DNA from: Lama glama
Taxonomy: Eukaryota
Length of the DNA: 64,000 nt
Direction of reading: 5' to 3'
Assembly (NCBI GenBank): GCA_028534125.1
Contig: CM052817.1
Location: 15,936,001 to 16,000,000, forward strand
The position numbers and the translations under genes are program-made. The notes beneath the pieces were generated by a model that saw nothing but the letters and a program-made list of their open reading frames with translations, was not told where the DNA came from and did not search any database. Of the stretch, positions 40,101 through 52,809 are shown one piece after another (position 1 is the stretch's first letter; every line of letters starts with the position of its first letter).

Positions 40101-43100
40101 AGGGGAGAGAGAAGACCAAGATGCAGGTGGGCTGGTGAGCGCTGAGGAGGTGGAAACACGGCTCTCTGGCATGACCACTCTTTCCTCTCTGTCGTCTGTC
40201 CGACTCCTCGCTGCCCCTCGCGGCTTCTCTCTCCTCTTTCTGTCTCGTCTCTGGTTGTCTCTCTCTCACTGTGTCTCTGACACTCCCAACCCCCTCCATC
40301 GCCAATCCATGTCTCCCTTTGTGTCTCCCCGTCATCCTGCTCTCCTTTCCCATATCTGCCTCCCAACATATCTGTCACTTTCCAATTGTCTTTATTTTGT
40401 TGGATGCCTGCCCCTGCCCATTAAGATGTAAGTGCCACAGGACTGAGATTTGCCACCTGTTTGCTCACTGACGTATTCCAGGAACCCAGAAAAGTGCTTG
40501 GCATTAGGTAGATACCCCGCAGTATCGGGCACTTGTTACGGTGGTGAAGGTGAGTAACTGGCCAGGAGGGGAGGGTGAGACAGGAGCACAAGATGCTTCC
40601 CTAAGTAGGAATCTGAACACTGAATTCGAATTTGGCACCACTGTCTGCCTCAGATTGGAGAGCAGCCTGAGCCTCTAGGGCGCCGGAAGGCAGGGGTGGA
40701 TCACTTCCCACTCAACCACTCCACTCTGCTGTGGCTCAGATCAAGTGTCCCTTTTTCATAGTTTCTGAAGTCTAGGTTAACAAAGGAAAAACAGATTCAG
40801 AAAAGAACAGACAGGGCTGAGTGGGACCCTCACTAATAAGTGGGGAAAGACGGAGCCCAGTGCCCTTTGGTACTGCATGTGTGGCTTCTGCTTTAATGTT
40901 CAGGGCACTCGTGTCTCTGGACTCCAGAATTTTCTAGCCATAGTATCTCAAAGATATGAGAGTTGATAGCACAGGAAGTATATACTCTTGGGGCCATTGA
41001 CTTAAGTCTTATTTCCCTTGGACACTGAAAGTGCAGATGATATAAGAGAAACTAAGATCAATAAAATCACCCTCCAGTCTCTTAGCAAACTGTTTATATT
41101 CATTCAACAAACATTTGTTGAGTTCCTGTTATACCCAGGGATTGTAGAGGATGTTCTGGCTGCATCAAATCCGGACCACACAGTGATTTTGCATAGAAGA
41201 GATTTTAAAAGCCCCAAACACTATAATACGAGATAGAAATGCTACGTGACATAAGAAAAACAAAAATAAATCATGTGGGGTGGTCAGAGCAGGGGCATCT
41301 CTGACTATAGAGGGCTGAGTTTGCTTTGTGACAAACCCTCAAAGCAGGTAGAACCTAGCTTTTCTTGGGAGAGCATTCCAAAGTGCAGTCAGCTTAAGTG
41401 GAAGTTTATAGCTGAAATGCTATCCTGGGATGCCCATGCTGCAAACGGTGGCATAATTCACTTATTTCTGCCTTCTCCATGGGTATAATCAACACCTGGG
41501 GACCACAGGCTGCTGGCAGCCACCAATAGACTAGAATAAGAAAGGACAAACATCCTATATTTGGATCAGGATTCAAGCTTAACTCACTAACAGACACCTT
41601 TCTAAGTGGAGGGTCAGACTTCTGCCAGGACCAACATGTACAATGCATGTTCTATGTTCTAAGCACTGACCCAGGTAACTTACAGACAAGGAAACTGAGG
41701 CCGAGAGGTTAAGTCACATACAGGTGAGCGATGGAACCAAGTTTCCCAACCACATGTGTCTGATTCCAGAGACCGTAGTCTCCCCGCTACATCAACGGCC
41801 AGCTCTTCCCTGGCTTAGTTCACAAGAAGCAGCTCCTGCCTCCACCCTTACTGTCCACCCCCATCCTCCTACTTAACTTGATTTCTGGTTTTGGCTTTTC
41901 TCAACAGCCTTGTCACATTGCTGCTCACAACCCAGCGCGACAGTCCCCAAATTCCAATGGGTAGCAATTTAGATCCACTTCTTCCTGTCCAGCTCCTTCT
42001 CAGAGATCAACTTCAGGGCCTCCCTGGAAATGAAAAGCACTAAGCATTCTCATGTTTGATGGCAATTTCAACAGACCAGCCAGTGGTCATGCTCTCCCAT
42101 TGCCTAAGAGTATCAAGTTATCCCCAAATAAGCGATTCCTAGAATCCTGCCGTAGCACGGCGCGAGGATGGAGAGGCCCTGCCAAATATCTGCTGTGCTG
42201 CACAGTTCTGTACCATTTATCTAATAGCTAATATAATATCAAGTGACAGTTTAAACAGGCTACTTTCACCTAATCTGTGCAGGCTGTATGCAAAACAGCT
42301 CTGACCCTGGCTTGATTCCTTAAAGCATGTAGGATTTAATTATCTCCCACTGTTATAGAAGTAATGACAAGTTACTTAGTACTTTTAAGACTGATAAATA
42401 AAGTCCTTTTGACAAGTGAGCTGAAAACCTACCCCGCTCCCCTGTTACCAAGCTGCAATACAAATGTCCCGTCTCCAAACTCGGGATTTCCTTTCTTAAG
42501 TGAGAATGATCTCTAGTCCCTGAGCACTTTTAAATACAGGACACCCAGAGTCATCAGTGCCTTTTCTGAAAAGGGGGAGTCTTCGGGTGCTACATGGGAT
42601 AAATTAAGAGAGGGAGAGCATGAGGGCAGGAGAAATAAAGAGAAGCCTCTATGTCTTTTATTAAGACTGAACCTCAAATAAACATCTGTGGGAGTTTCAA
42701 TACACTTGACTACACACCATCGTCTTTATTTCATAGCCAAGGCCCTGGATTTGGAGAGTGCAGTAGAGATTTATCTGCAGTGATAAAATTTCCAGTTTCT
42801 CTCAATTCACATCCATTTCTTGAAGGAATACTCTCCTCCCTCCCCAAGAATCACAGATCTGTCTCCTCTCCCCAGGCCCCCACTTGCAATCTGTCTTATT
42901 TAACTGAGTTTGACGTGTCTCTAATACTTACTTAGAGCTGCCAGTCACCTCTGTCCAGTGCCTCACCTCCTCACAGATAGGTATTTGTCACCAGGAAAGA
43001 AGGTATGGATATTAATACAGAAATCAGCCAGGTCTCAAGTGCAACCGACAGGGGGAGATAAAATGAAACATTGCCGTAAATACATGTAATGTTCGGTAAA

Positions 43101-43289
43101 AGAGAAGTTGCTCTCAACTGACTTAAATGCAACTTCAGGTTTAGATGATTGTTCTTTTTAAATCATCACAGCATCTGATGGGATAAAACCTGTCACTTAG
43201 AGCCGTAACTGTCATTAGCAAGGCTGGTGTTTCCCCATGTTTTTTGCACCGTGATTTCTCTCTAGAATCTGATGAGATCTCTAAATCTG

Positions 43290-43580
43290 TGTTTACAAAT
43301 GGGTGGCCCTGTAGTTAATACCTAAGCCAACATCATGTGTTTGGCCTGCACTACCTTAAAAATCTTTGAATGAATCGACAATATAAAACTGAAATATTTT
43401 ACAGAAAGTCCAGAAAATTTACTTCTCTTGAGAAGTCTAAAGGACTGACAATTTAGGTCAGCATGACCCCATGGTAATAACTGGCTGATGCCAAGTAGCA
43501 ACTTTTCCTTACAATGGGGCATGTCCTGTCCCCAAGTCCCAACTGCCCTCCACCCGACAGCATCATTCACGCGCACGATC
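43290..43580 (-). mobile_element. MER102-like hAT-Charlie element
   Basis: atgtgtttggcctgcac...cttctcttgagaag...catggtaataactggctg...gagtagc-like...atggggcatg. Confidence 0.7.
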
Positions 43581-43622
43581 TGTGGAACCATGAGGAACCG
43601 TGAGGAACCATGTGGAACCATG
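43581..43622. repeat. 10-bp tandem repeat TG(T/A)GGAACC(A/G) x4.2
   Basis: tgtggaacca tgaggaaccg tgaggaacca tgtggaacca tg. Confidence 0.92.
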
Positions 43623-44364
43623 CCATAAACCTTCTCTTCCAAGAAATATTTGTACACACAAAATGTAGAGTAAAGTTTCAAGGAAGGATAGAAACCTGGG
43701 TATAAATTATTCACTATCCAGGGCCAAGATTGGCCAAGTCACAGTTCTGACCATCAGCTTCCTTGTCTGTAGAAAACAGCGTGGTCAAGTTTTAGGTCCC
43801 TCTCTCCCATTGAGTTAAAGGGAACGGCAAAATCATTTTTTAAATGAAACCTTGAGATTAGTGTGGAAAGCTCAAAGTTTCAAAAACCTCTTTTTTTTTA
43901 TTCTGTGGGCCAACAAATGAGCCACTACCAACAGCACACTCAAAGACTCCATGGGGAAAATTGGCAACTCTTGAGACATGCACTTCCACCAAATAATTGT
44001 CCGTCCTTCACTCTGCAAAGTGGAGCGGCCACTTTGCACAACAAGTAATCACCTGACGTCTCTCTGAGGAGCAGGGTGTATAAGAAAGCTGCAGGATGAG
44101 AGACCCAACCTGAGAAATCTCTCGGCCCACAATGCCATTGTACAGGTTTAGGAAGAAACCGGCACGCCAGGCCTCGCTGCCGAGTGAGAAGCTGATGACA
44201 TGCTTCAAATTGCTCTGTTGGGCCTCCATCGTTGCTCCTTTCCCCAGAATTATATAAATAAGGCCTAGGGATAAATTAAGCCGTTCACATGACGGCCACT
44301 TTCCAGCGGGTCAGTAACATGGCGGAGACGTACTAGGAAAGCTGTATTTTCCCTCTTACCTCTA

Positions 44365-45935
44365 GAGTCACAGGCTTTTAGTGGCAGAAAGGACTTTAAA
44401 GGGGGCCTGATGCAAGCCTCTAGTTTTACAGGGAAGAGAAAACATTCAACTCAAGAAACAGGGACATGCACCCCCATCCCAGGCTGCTGTCTGCGGGTGT
44501 GTGTTTCTCGCCATTTGTTGCACATCATGGCCTCTGAGCCGCCGGCCTGCACTCCAAGCGGGGTCGCATTCTCACTACCTGAGTCCCTGCTGCCCTTGAC
44601 TCTGTTTTTTCACCTATAACAATGAGGATAATGGTGGTACTTACAGGATTTTGTGAGGATAAAATGATATGATTCTTGTAAAGCACTTGGAACAGGGCCC
44701 AACCATAGAACTAAGCAAATGCCAACTCATTATTTGTTATCAGTTTTGCTTCTGAGTCAAATGAAGTGAAAAACAGTGTAGGGTGCAGCCAGGTGGATCA
44801 CAGGTTCAACCTGGGGAAACTCCATGCACTCACTCTGGAATATTGAGCAAGTAATTTGACCATCCTGAGACTTAATGACCAGTCAGTAAAATGTTGAGAG
44901 AATTACATGAATAATGTGTTAGAAATGAACTAGAACTAGGTCCTGTATGTATAGGTGCTACAGAGAAATAGCTCCAATAATTAACCATTAATGTTAGCAT
45001 TAATTTTTGCAACCTTTTCAGTTAGGGGCCACATATGGTGAACTGTGGAATCTATCCCTTCTCCCACAAATCAGCACCAATAATAATGACTAATATCTGC
45101 TAAGTCCTTTTATCTACAAGGTCTTGTGCCAAGTGCATTGCATGTATTGATTTGTTGAATCCTCATAGTGATGCTCTGAAATAGGTTATAATGTCATCAT
45201 GTCGCCCATTTTATAGATGAGGAGGCTGAGGCTTGGGAAAATAAACTTAATCAAGAGCACAGAGCTAATAATAGGAAAAGCCGGAATTTAAAACCAGGCA
45301 TTAGACTCCACAGTTGTTTGACTGGTTCCCCAGGGAAATAAAATCTCTTCTATTAAGTTTCATAGCTGGCCATTTCTGCCACGGGATTTAGTAATAAATG
45401 GGAGGAAATATAAAGATGATAAAGTTAAACTTAATTCCTTTCATGGAATAAAAAAAAAATACTGACAATTTCTTTCTGACAAACATGACAATTGAGAAAC
45501 ACTGGCGTGTGGAGCAGTCACCGCACCGAATCAAATAATCTACCCGGAATCATCATCAAAGTGCCACCTGGAATTCTGTCCTTGTCAGAATGAAGGCCTT
45601 CTCTTTGTTGAGCACCTACGTCATGCCGGGGGCCATCTATGAGCCTTGGAGATGTCATTTAATCCTAACGTCAGACAGGCACTAAATGATCGAGTCAGGA
45701 CTTGCCTGGAGTCCATCTCGTTCTAAGCCCAACCCCTGTGCACTGTGCGTCAAGACAGGATGCAGAGAGGTTTACACAGAAGGTCTTGGAACCAGATGCC
45801 TGCCTCCCAATGTGGGCTTCTCATCTCACGAGCTCACCAGCTCTGTAGCCTTGGGATGTTAGTCCCTGTGCCTCCATCCCTTCTCCTGCAACATGAGGAA
45901 AATAGTCGTCCCAAGAATGACTACACGTAGGTTGC
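44365..45935. mobile_element. Cluster of about six MIR fragments in both orientations
   Basis: Approximate positions: MIR3(-) 44365-44450; MIR(+) 44580-44740 and 44770-44990; MIR(-) 45075-45320 (cccattttatagatgaggaggctgaggc); MIR(-) 45600-45745; MIR(+) 45760-45935. Confidence 0.75.
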
Positions 45936-45943
45936 TTAGAGAA

Positions 45944-46268
45944 GGACCACTCAAAGTGTGGTCCCTGGACCCCACTGGTTTCATCCTGTATTCCATCAGT
46001 TCATGATCACAGAAACACTGAAAGTAACCTTCTAAGAGAATAATTTTATGTCTGCAAACTCCAATAATAATAAAACAATGGGGCTTGTATTTTTTAATGC
46101 CATTTTAAAAATTAGTTTTTCTATTAATTACTTTTTGGCACATGTTAATAGGGCAACAGTCCATGACAGGTTGGAGTTTCTTTAAGGAAAAAAAAAAGGA
46201 AGTTTTGGTGGCAGTGGAGGCAGGGGTGGGGGGGGTGTCTTCCCCACAAGCAGTTTAAGAAGCACTAG
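45944..46268. mobile_element. Non-autonomous hAT-Charlie element (Charlie18a-like) inserted in a MIR
   Basis: ctcaaagtgtggtccctggacc...aattttatgtctg...gggcttgtatttt...cagtttaagaagcacta. The MIR tail (aataaatgttagctatt) resumes at about 46300. Confidence 0.7.
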
Positions 46269-48111
46269 ATTAGATGCTTCCCTGTTGTGTAGAAAGTTCC
46301 AAATAAATGTTAGCTATTAATGTGATTATTTGCTACACTGTTCCTCCGCATCCTAAAAGGGACCCAAAAATTCAAGCAGCATCAAGAAGATAGATAAATT
46401 CCAAGACCTAGAATGTTGGTAACTTTATTGACCAGAGGTTGACTCTTTCCAAGTCCTGGTTCATGATCTATGAGGAGAAACAATGAGAAAGTTCTGAGAA
46501 TTTTTCTGGATCAGCTCAATGAACATCCAAGATATCCATTAGTAGAAATGGTGAGAAATAATTTAATCTCTCAACTTTCCCCTGCATTCCATGTCTAATG
46601 TTCTCCTATTTTCCAGACATAATGTCCTTTGCTTTCACTTCCTCGGTCTTCTCCTTTTGTTTGCAGATGGTATTTGATGGGATTTACTGGAATGTTGGAG
46701 CGAAAATAAATCTGGATTGGAAATCCCAGTTCTCCACTTACTGGCTCTGTGACCTCAGGTGCACTACCTGTTGTTGGGGAGCCTTGATTCCCCGTCTGAA
46801 TAACTGGAATGACAATGCCTACCTTAGAGGAGGGTTAAAGGGGATGTCATATCAAAAGCCCCCAGTAGAGTCCATTGGCCTCCACTCTCCTCTGCAAATC
46901 AGGTGATACAGCAGTTGGTAGAGGCAGGTGGGGAGAGGGAAATGAGAAAGTCTGAGAATGACATCGATATCGTTGCTTCACTCATCATTTATTTAGAGTC
47001 AAGATTCCAAAATGTCTGTTAGACCACAGGAAAAACAAACAATAAGCATGAAAGCCAGCACTTTCATACCATTGCCAGAAAAAAGAAAGTCTCAGTGAAC
47101 AAGGCCATTTGACTGAAGACCTGAGAGAAAAGTCCTGTATCAAAAAATTGCTGGGGGAAGTACAAGCTGACCAGGGCTCTCTGTATAAAGGAGGTGTGTT
47201 GGTCTGGAAGGGGGTTACAGGAGGAAACTGAGATGAGGAAGAGGCTCCCCATTCAACAATCAGTCCCCTACAATGCAGAGAGAGTGCTTCTGCTGGTAAA
47301 GTGTGAGGGAGGAACTGAACGATAAATTAACACTAATAACCTATTGATGAGGACAACAGACCATTGACCAACTTAAACGACTCTAATAGAACTGAATTAA
47401 CTGCTACACAACAGTGTTTAACAAACACAGTCACTGTCTGATCGGTTGCCAAGTGTCTTTGTGTTGGGTTCGAATTGCTGGTTTCAATGAGGGTTGTGGG
47501 TAACAGAAGATGAAGTCACCTGTAAAAAAAAGTATCCAAGGCATCCAAAAGCTGGCCTCCCCACCCCCATGCCCTACAACAAAAATACGGTCTCTACCAG
47601 AAAACACAGTTCACACTGGGGACGTCATTTATAATGGCTGATGCCACTAGTCTGAGAGAGGTTTACGTTCAGTGTAAATAAGGTAGATTTGAGAAGTTAA
47701 TGAGTTCCACTACCCAAGCTGCTCCTTATTAATTCATACAACTCGAAGACATCTACTAAAAATAATACCTTTTGAGTCATATACCATCTTTATGGAGATC
47801 GTTAATATTTCCCCAAAATAGAGCAGTTACCAGCCCCATTATTTTCCTTGATCACCTTCATGCTCCTGACCCACAACACGGCTCATCCACACTTCTCATT
47901 TGTGTTCCAATTGCTCTCAGTTCCCCGTAGACTCTTTTCCTTCAAGTGACAGTCACCTCTGTGCACCCCAGGGAGACCTCAGCTGGAAGGCTGTCCTCCT
48001 CACCTCTCTCTTCTCTCTTTCAAATCTGGGATTCACAGAGTAGACTGGGAAGGTGAAAAGGAGGAGGAGTCTTAAAACTGCATGAAGACTGGCCCTTGAA
48101 GCTCTGCCCAT

Positions 48112-48450
48112 TTCATTCATTCATTCATTCATTCATTCATTCATTCATTTCTTCTGTCACACATCCTTTAAACGAGCAGTTTTTGAGTGCCTGCTCAGTG
48201 CCGGGCAAGAGGCAAGATGCTCAGGGTACAGAGAAGAATGAGATCTGTTCTCTGCAAGGAAGCAGACAGATAAACAGCTGAGTAGGAAGGTAAGTGCAGG
48301 GTTTAACGGGAAGAGACAGGAGGGTACCCAACTCACCCCGAGAGAGTGAGAGAAGGAAGATGCTCTGAGCTGGGTCTGGAAGAATGAGGAGGGCTTGTCT
48401 GTGGATGAAAAGGGAGAAGGCACAGGAAAGCTCCTATACAAGAGCAGAGG
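48112..48450 (-). mobile_element. L2 3' end with (TTCA)n microsatellite
   Basis: (ttca)n at 48112-48148, followed by tttttgagtgcctgctcagtgccgggc. Confidence 0.8.
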
Positions 48451-48883
48451 CTTGCTCCATGCTGTCCTGTGCTCTATACCCCCAGCAACAGCACAGAGCC
48501 TGGCACGCACAGTGAGCAAGCACATTTAATGGCACAAAGGTTTCCCACAAGAATCTAACCACTCACTGCCCATCAGTCCCTTAGCAAGACAGATGGTGAC
48601 CCACTTCCTTTCCCTTTATGGCCCTTTAATACAGAAATTGCTTCACACTCTTCTCTCTAAGGGGTCCCTGATTCTATTTCTTATGTCGCATGACACCTCA
48701 TCTTGGTTCTCAACTGCCCGTCACAAAGAGACAGAAGAGAATAGGAAGAAATGGCTCCCAAATAACAACAGTTGCCTGTGGCCCCTTCAAATGAGCAAGT
48801 GAAATAGCCGTGAATGGGGGCGTGGGTGCCTGTGCAGTCGTGGCTCAGGCCCCGTGTTCTGAAAACACAAGGTGAATAACGAG

Positions 48884-49093
48884 CAGGGACTTTTCAACCT
48901 TCATACTGTTAACACTTCAGCGCAGATTGCTCTCTGTTGTAGAGGTCTGACCAGCGCACTGTTAGATGCTTAGCAGAACCCCGGGCTACAATCCACTAGA
49001 TGCCAGCAGCACCAGCCCTGCCCTCCCTACACCGCCCCAAGCCACTGAGATAGCAGAAATGTCCCTGGGTGGGGGGATAGTCAAAGTCACTAC
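48884..49093 (-). mobile_element. MER20 hAT-Charlie MITE
   Basis: cagggacttttcaacct...atccactagatgccagcagcacc...aaatgtccctggg. Confidence 0.82.
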
Positions 49094-50199
49094 AGATGAT
49101 AACTTTCTTGATAATCTTCCCATCTGGGGGTCTCCAGTGGTCAAATGTACAATCTCAGAAGACCACGAGAGAATCTCAGTATAAAAAAATGACCTTGCAG
49201 CTCACCCCGCTCAACACAGATTTTGCCTACAGAGAGACTGAAGCCAAAGAGGGGAAGTGACTATTTGGCGGTTCCACCATGCCCCTGGTGGGAGACTTAA
49301 GCCCCAGACGAGAGTCTTCCTTGTCACTCAATCTTTCCGTCACACCACGATTCCCTATGACATTCTTTTTTGAGGCAGCTAAAAGGAAAGGAAACTAACA
49401 ATGATTTAGCAGCAATACAGATGCTCTCTTACAAGAATGAAGTTATAATAACAATCATGAACAATAATCATAAAAACTAATACTCACTAAACAATTACAA
49501 TGCATCAGATACATTTCTAAGAATCCTTTTGCATTTTTTCATAACCTTCTGACAGGACAGTTACAGAAATCTTGCAAGGTACATATGACCAGCTCTGCTT
49601 TTATAAATAAGGGGCAGAGGCTGGAGGCCAGGAATCTTTAAGAGCTAAAAACCTTGCCCATGGTCCCAGGGCAGACCTATGGCAGAGACAGGGCTCACAT
49701 GGGGGCGCCCAGCTTATGGCACCTCCTGTCTTTCCATTTTGCCATCTGTCCATAGTGCTCACTCTGCTCCTGGGGGGACATCTCCCAGCTGACCACCACC
49801 CTATCTGTCTTCTCGGCTTGTACTGGCTGCAGTTCCGTCTGAGCCAGCCCTGCTCCACCCTCTGCTTCTCCAGATCACACCTTCATCTGACATTGACATG
49901 TTTAAGCCACATTTGTTGACAGTCTTCAGCAGCTGGGGTGGTCCATCTAATCTAGCAGGGATTTACTGAGCTCCTCCTATGGGGCCAAGCTCAAGGCTCG
50001 TCATGTGGAGGGAAGCCAACAGTTACTTCTTTCCTTTTCAGCACTTGTCAAGATTGGTTATTGTTTGTCGATTTTGTCCACTTCTCTACTGGATAGGAAG
50101 CTCTGAGAAGGCACGGAACATGTCTGTCCTAACCATTCTTGTGTCCTCTGTGCCTCGCACTGCACACACGCTCAACTGATGCTTGTGAAATCAAACTGA

Positions 50200-50670
50200 A
50201 CTGATGGAACATCTACCCAGGGACAGGTGCACTTCAATATTTAATAGTCTCTTATTTGATCTCACAAAAACCTTTAATGAGATACATCACCAATTTAATG
50301 ATAAAAACCTAGCAGCAGAGGTTTTTAAGGGATTTGTTCAAAGCCACACAGCTGGTATGCTGAATCACCCCAGCAACAGTCCAGAACTGAATATATACGC
50401 AACTCCAAAGAGGCTGAGCAGAGCCGTGGTTAAAAACACAGGCTCAGAAGCCAGACTTCCTGGGTTCACATCCCTGCTGCATTACTCACTGTGTGATCCA
50501 GGCCTAGTAACTTGTCTCTGCCTCAGTCTCCTCGTCCGCATAATGCAGGTAATTAGAATACCTACCTTGAAACGTGATTGTGAGAATTGAATGTGTCAGT
50601 ACACACAGAGTGCTTTAAACATTGTCTGGCACATAATAGTTAATTCTTATACACTACTTACTATTTTTAT
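50200..50670. mobile_element. Head-to-head MIR pair (minus about 50200-50400, plus about 50415-50670)
   Basis: Plus copy: gtggttaaaaacacaggctcagaagccagacttcctgggttc...tctctgcctcagtctcctc. Minus copy: ttatttgatctcacaaaaacc...ttgttcaaagccacacagctgg. Confidence 0.8.
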
Positions 50671-50926
50671 AATAAAGGAGAGAAGGAATAAAAAAATGTA
50701 CACACACACACCAATTAGAGAATGGTACACGAGTGAATCAAGAATAGTACCATAAAGAAGTGTCACAGGGGGAAATATCTTTCTCTGCCCCACAGGAAAT
50801 AACACCTTGAGTTCAGGTTTTTGTGATCCCATTTAGAGCTGAAAGAACACATCCTTGTCTCTAACATAAGCCACTTTTTTTTTTTTACTAACATTGAATT
50901 CAATTTAGGTTTATCTGCTGCTTACC

Positions 50927-50968
50927 AAAAAAAAACAAAAAACAAAAAACAAAAAACAAAAAACAAAA
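50927..50968. repeat. (AAAAAAC)n microsatellite
   Basis: Read directly from the sequence. Confidence 0.9.
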
Positions 50969-51534
50969 CACTATTCCAAAATGCCTTCAAGTGGATGATA
51001 GAGGGGAAAAGTCACATGTACAGACACACAAAAGTCATTACTCCTGTGTCATGCTGCTACCCTGTGTGAAACTGGCAAAGCCGAGTTCTGCAGAAATGGC
51101 TTCAGATGACTGGGAGAGATGGGGGCGGTGCAGAGCCAGGAAGCTTAACTCCAACTCATATTCATTTACTGCTACATTTAGGCTGCTTTCAGGTAGATTT
51201 TCTCTCAGAAATACCTTTCATATCAAAATGGCAAAGCTCTGAAGCCTTAGGATGCTGAGTGATCCATTTTGCCTTCATCTTCCTAAACACGTGGGTGAGC
51301 AGAGTCTTAGGTTAGTGATGCCATAACATCATAAATAAATAATTATGTAGATATCTGCTGGACATGCAGAAAATTTATTTCTGAACAACAACAACAAAAA
51401 AGCAGCCTCATTATTTCTCCCGAGGAGTAACTCAGAAGTCAGTCCTAAGGACTCTTTCTTTCAAGATATTGAAGATGGAGAGAAAAGAAACTTCAATATC
51501 CATATTCCATTTTCTTACTTTAAACTCAGAAGTT

Positions 51535-52000
51535 GGAAGTGATTGGTCTTCAATAAATACATTAAAAGGTAAAACAAAAGAGATGGGGGGATCTATAGAG
51601 TAAATGAAGCTTAAAAGACAAATCAACCAATAGCAACACCTGGAACTTATTTAGATCCTTATTCAAACAAAACTGTTAAAACACGGTGTTTATAAAATAA
51701 TTAGAAATTTTAACATTGACTGTATATTTGATAATAAGAATTCTTATTAAATTTTTTGATTTGCTAATGGCATTATGATTGTTTTTCTCTAAGCATACAC
51801 AACGAAACACAGGAGAAATAACATCTTGGATTTGCTTCAAAGTTGTGTGAGAGGAGGAAGTGGTATTAAAGAAACAAAACTGGCCATGAATTGCTCATAC
51901 CAGCTGAAGCTGGTAGCAGGCGCAGAGTGGTTCATTATACCATTTTGTCTCTTTTTTCTATGTTTGTGATAAAAAGTGAAATAGATTAATTTTTAAACAA
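51535..52000 (+). mobile_element. Old L1 (L1MC/L1MD-like) 3' UTR fragment
   Basis: ttaaaagacaaatcaaccaa...ttatttagatccttattcaaacaaaac...tatttgataataagaatt...tggccatgaattg. Confidence 0.75.
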
Positions 52001-52504
52001 TGAGAAAAATATTTCAAAAAGAAACTGATTGAGGATAAAGGTGGCATGAGTTTTTCTCCCTTTGATCAAAAAGCAGAGCATAGAATCATCAACTGCTGTT
52101 TCAGGAAGGTATTGAGAAGCACCTGGGGGACACGGCAGAGCTGTCTGAAAGACAATGACGTGAAGACTCTGAACAGCTCAGTAGGATGTGGCGCATTTTG
52201 CCCTTCAGCACTATAACTTGTAGCTATACCTAATTCCCCCTCCTCTTCCCTCAGATGGCAATCTCTATGGCTAAGGCTGGGTCTCGCTTATCACTCTGCC
52301 TCCGGAGAGCCGTGCGTTACCTCTGGGACATAGTGAATGTGGGAGAAAACCTTGCTGAAGCTGTTGAGGCAGTGTTTGTGTCTCTACAGGGCCAATAAAT
52401 TGAATCAATGTTCATTTTTTTCATCGTTATATATAGCAACAAAAGTTTTAAAAACTTCTGGGAAATGGGTGATTTGGGTAGGTGGATCATTTCATGGCTT
52501 AAAT

Positions 52505-52747
52505 CAGTGTTTCCCAAAGTATGAGTACCACAATGCTATGTACGCGCGGTCATTTTATATGGTTCACAAACAACTCTTCTTTAGGAGTTATGCATTTACT
52601 TTTAATATTCATTAAGATGAAAGTAGTTGGTGTTTACACAGATGCAATATTTTAGGAAGGGGCTACAATGATTTGTATTTTAAATACAATTAAGTAAATA
52701 TCCGTACTATTGGTAAAGAGCCACGGCAAAAATGTTTGAAGGTACTA
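52505..52747. mobile_element. hAT-Charlie MITE (MER113-like)
   Basis: Starts cagtgtttcccaaagt and ends with a degenerate TIR (gtttgaaggtacta); AT-rich interior. Confidence 0.55.
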
Positions 52748-52809
52748 TTCATAGGCTTAAATAGCAGAATCTCAAAGAACAGCTACCTATTTACTTCTCA
52801 TAAGTGCTC

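Noticed and set aside
39772..40353. Longest ORF (193 aa)
   Set aside because: It spans L2 remnants and CT/GA low-complexity DNA, with overlapping ORFs in several frames.
43581..43622. CRISPR-like array
   Set aside because: A 10-bp tandem minisatellite with no spacers, in eukaryotic DNA.
49278..49294. CTCF site (also partial matches near 6485 and 43045; REST half-site near 12199)
   Set aside because: Each deviates from the core consensus at key positions and is expected by chance.
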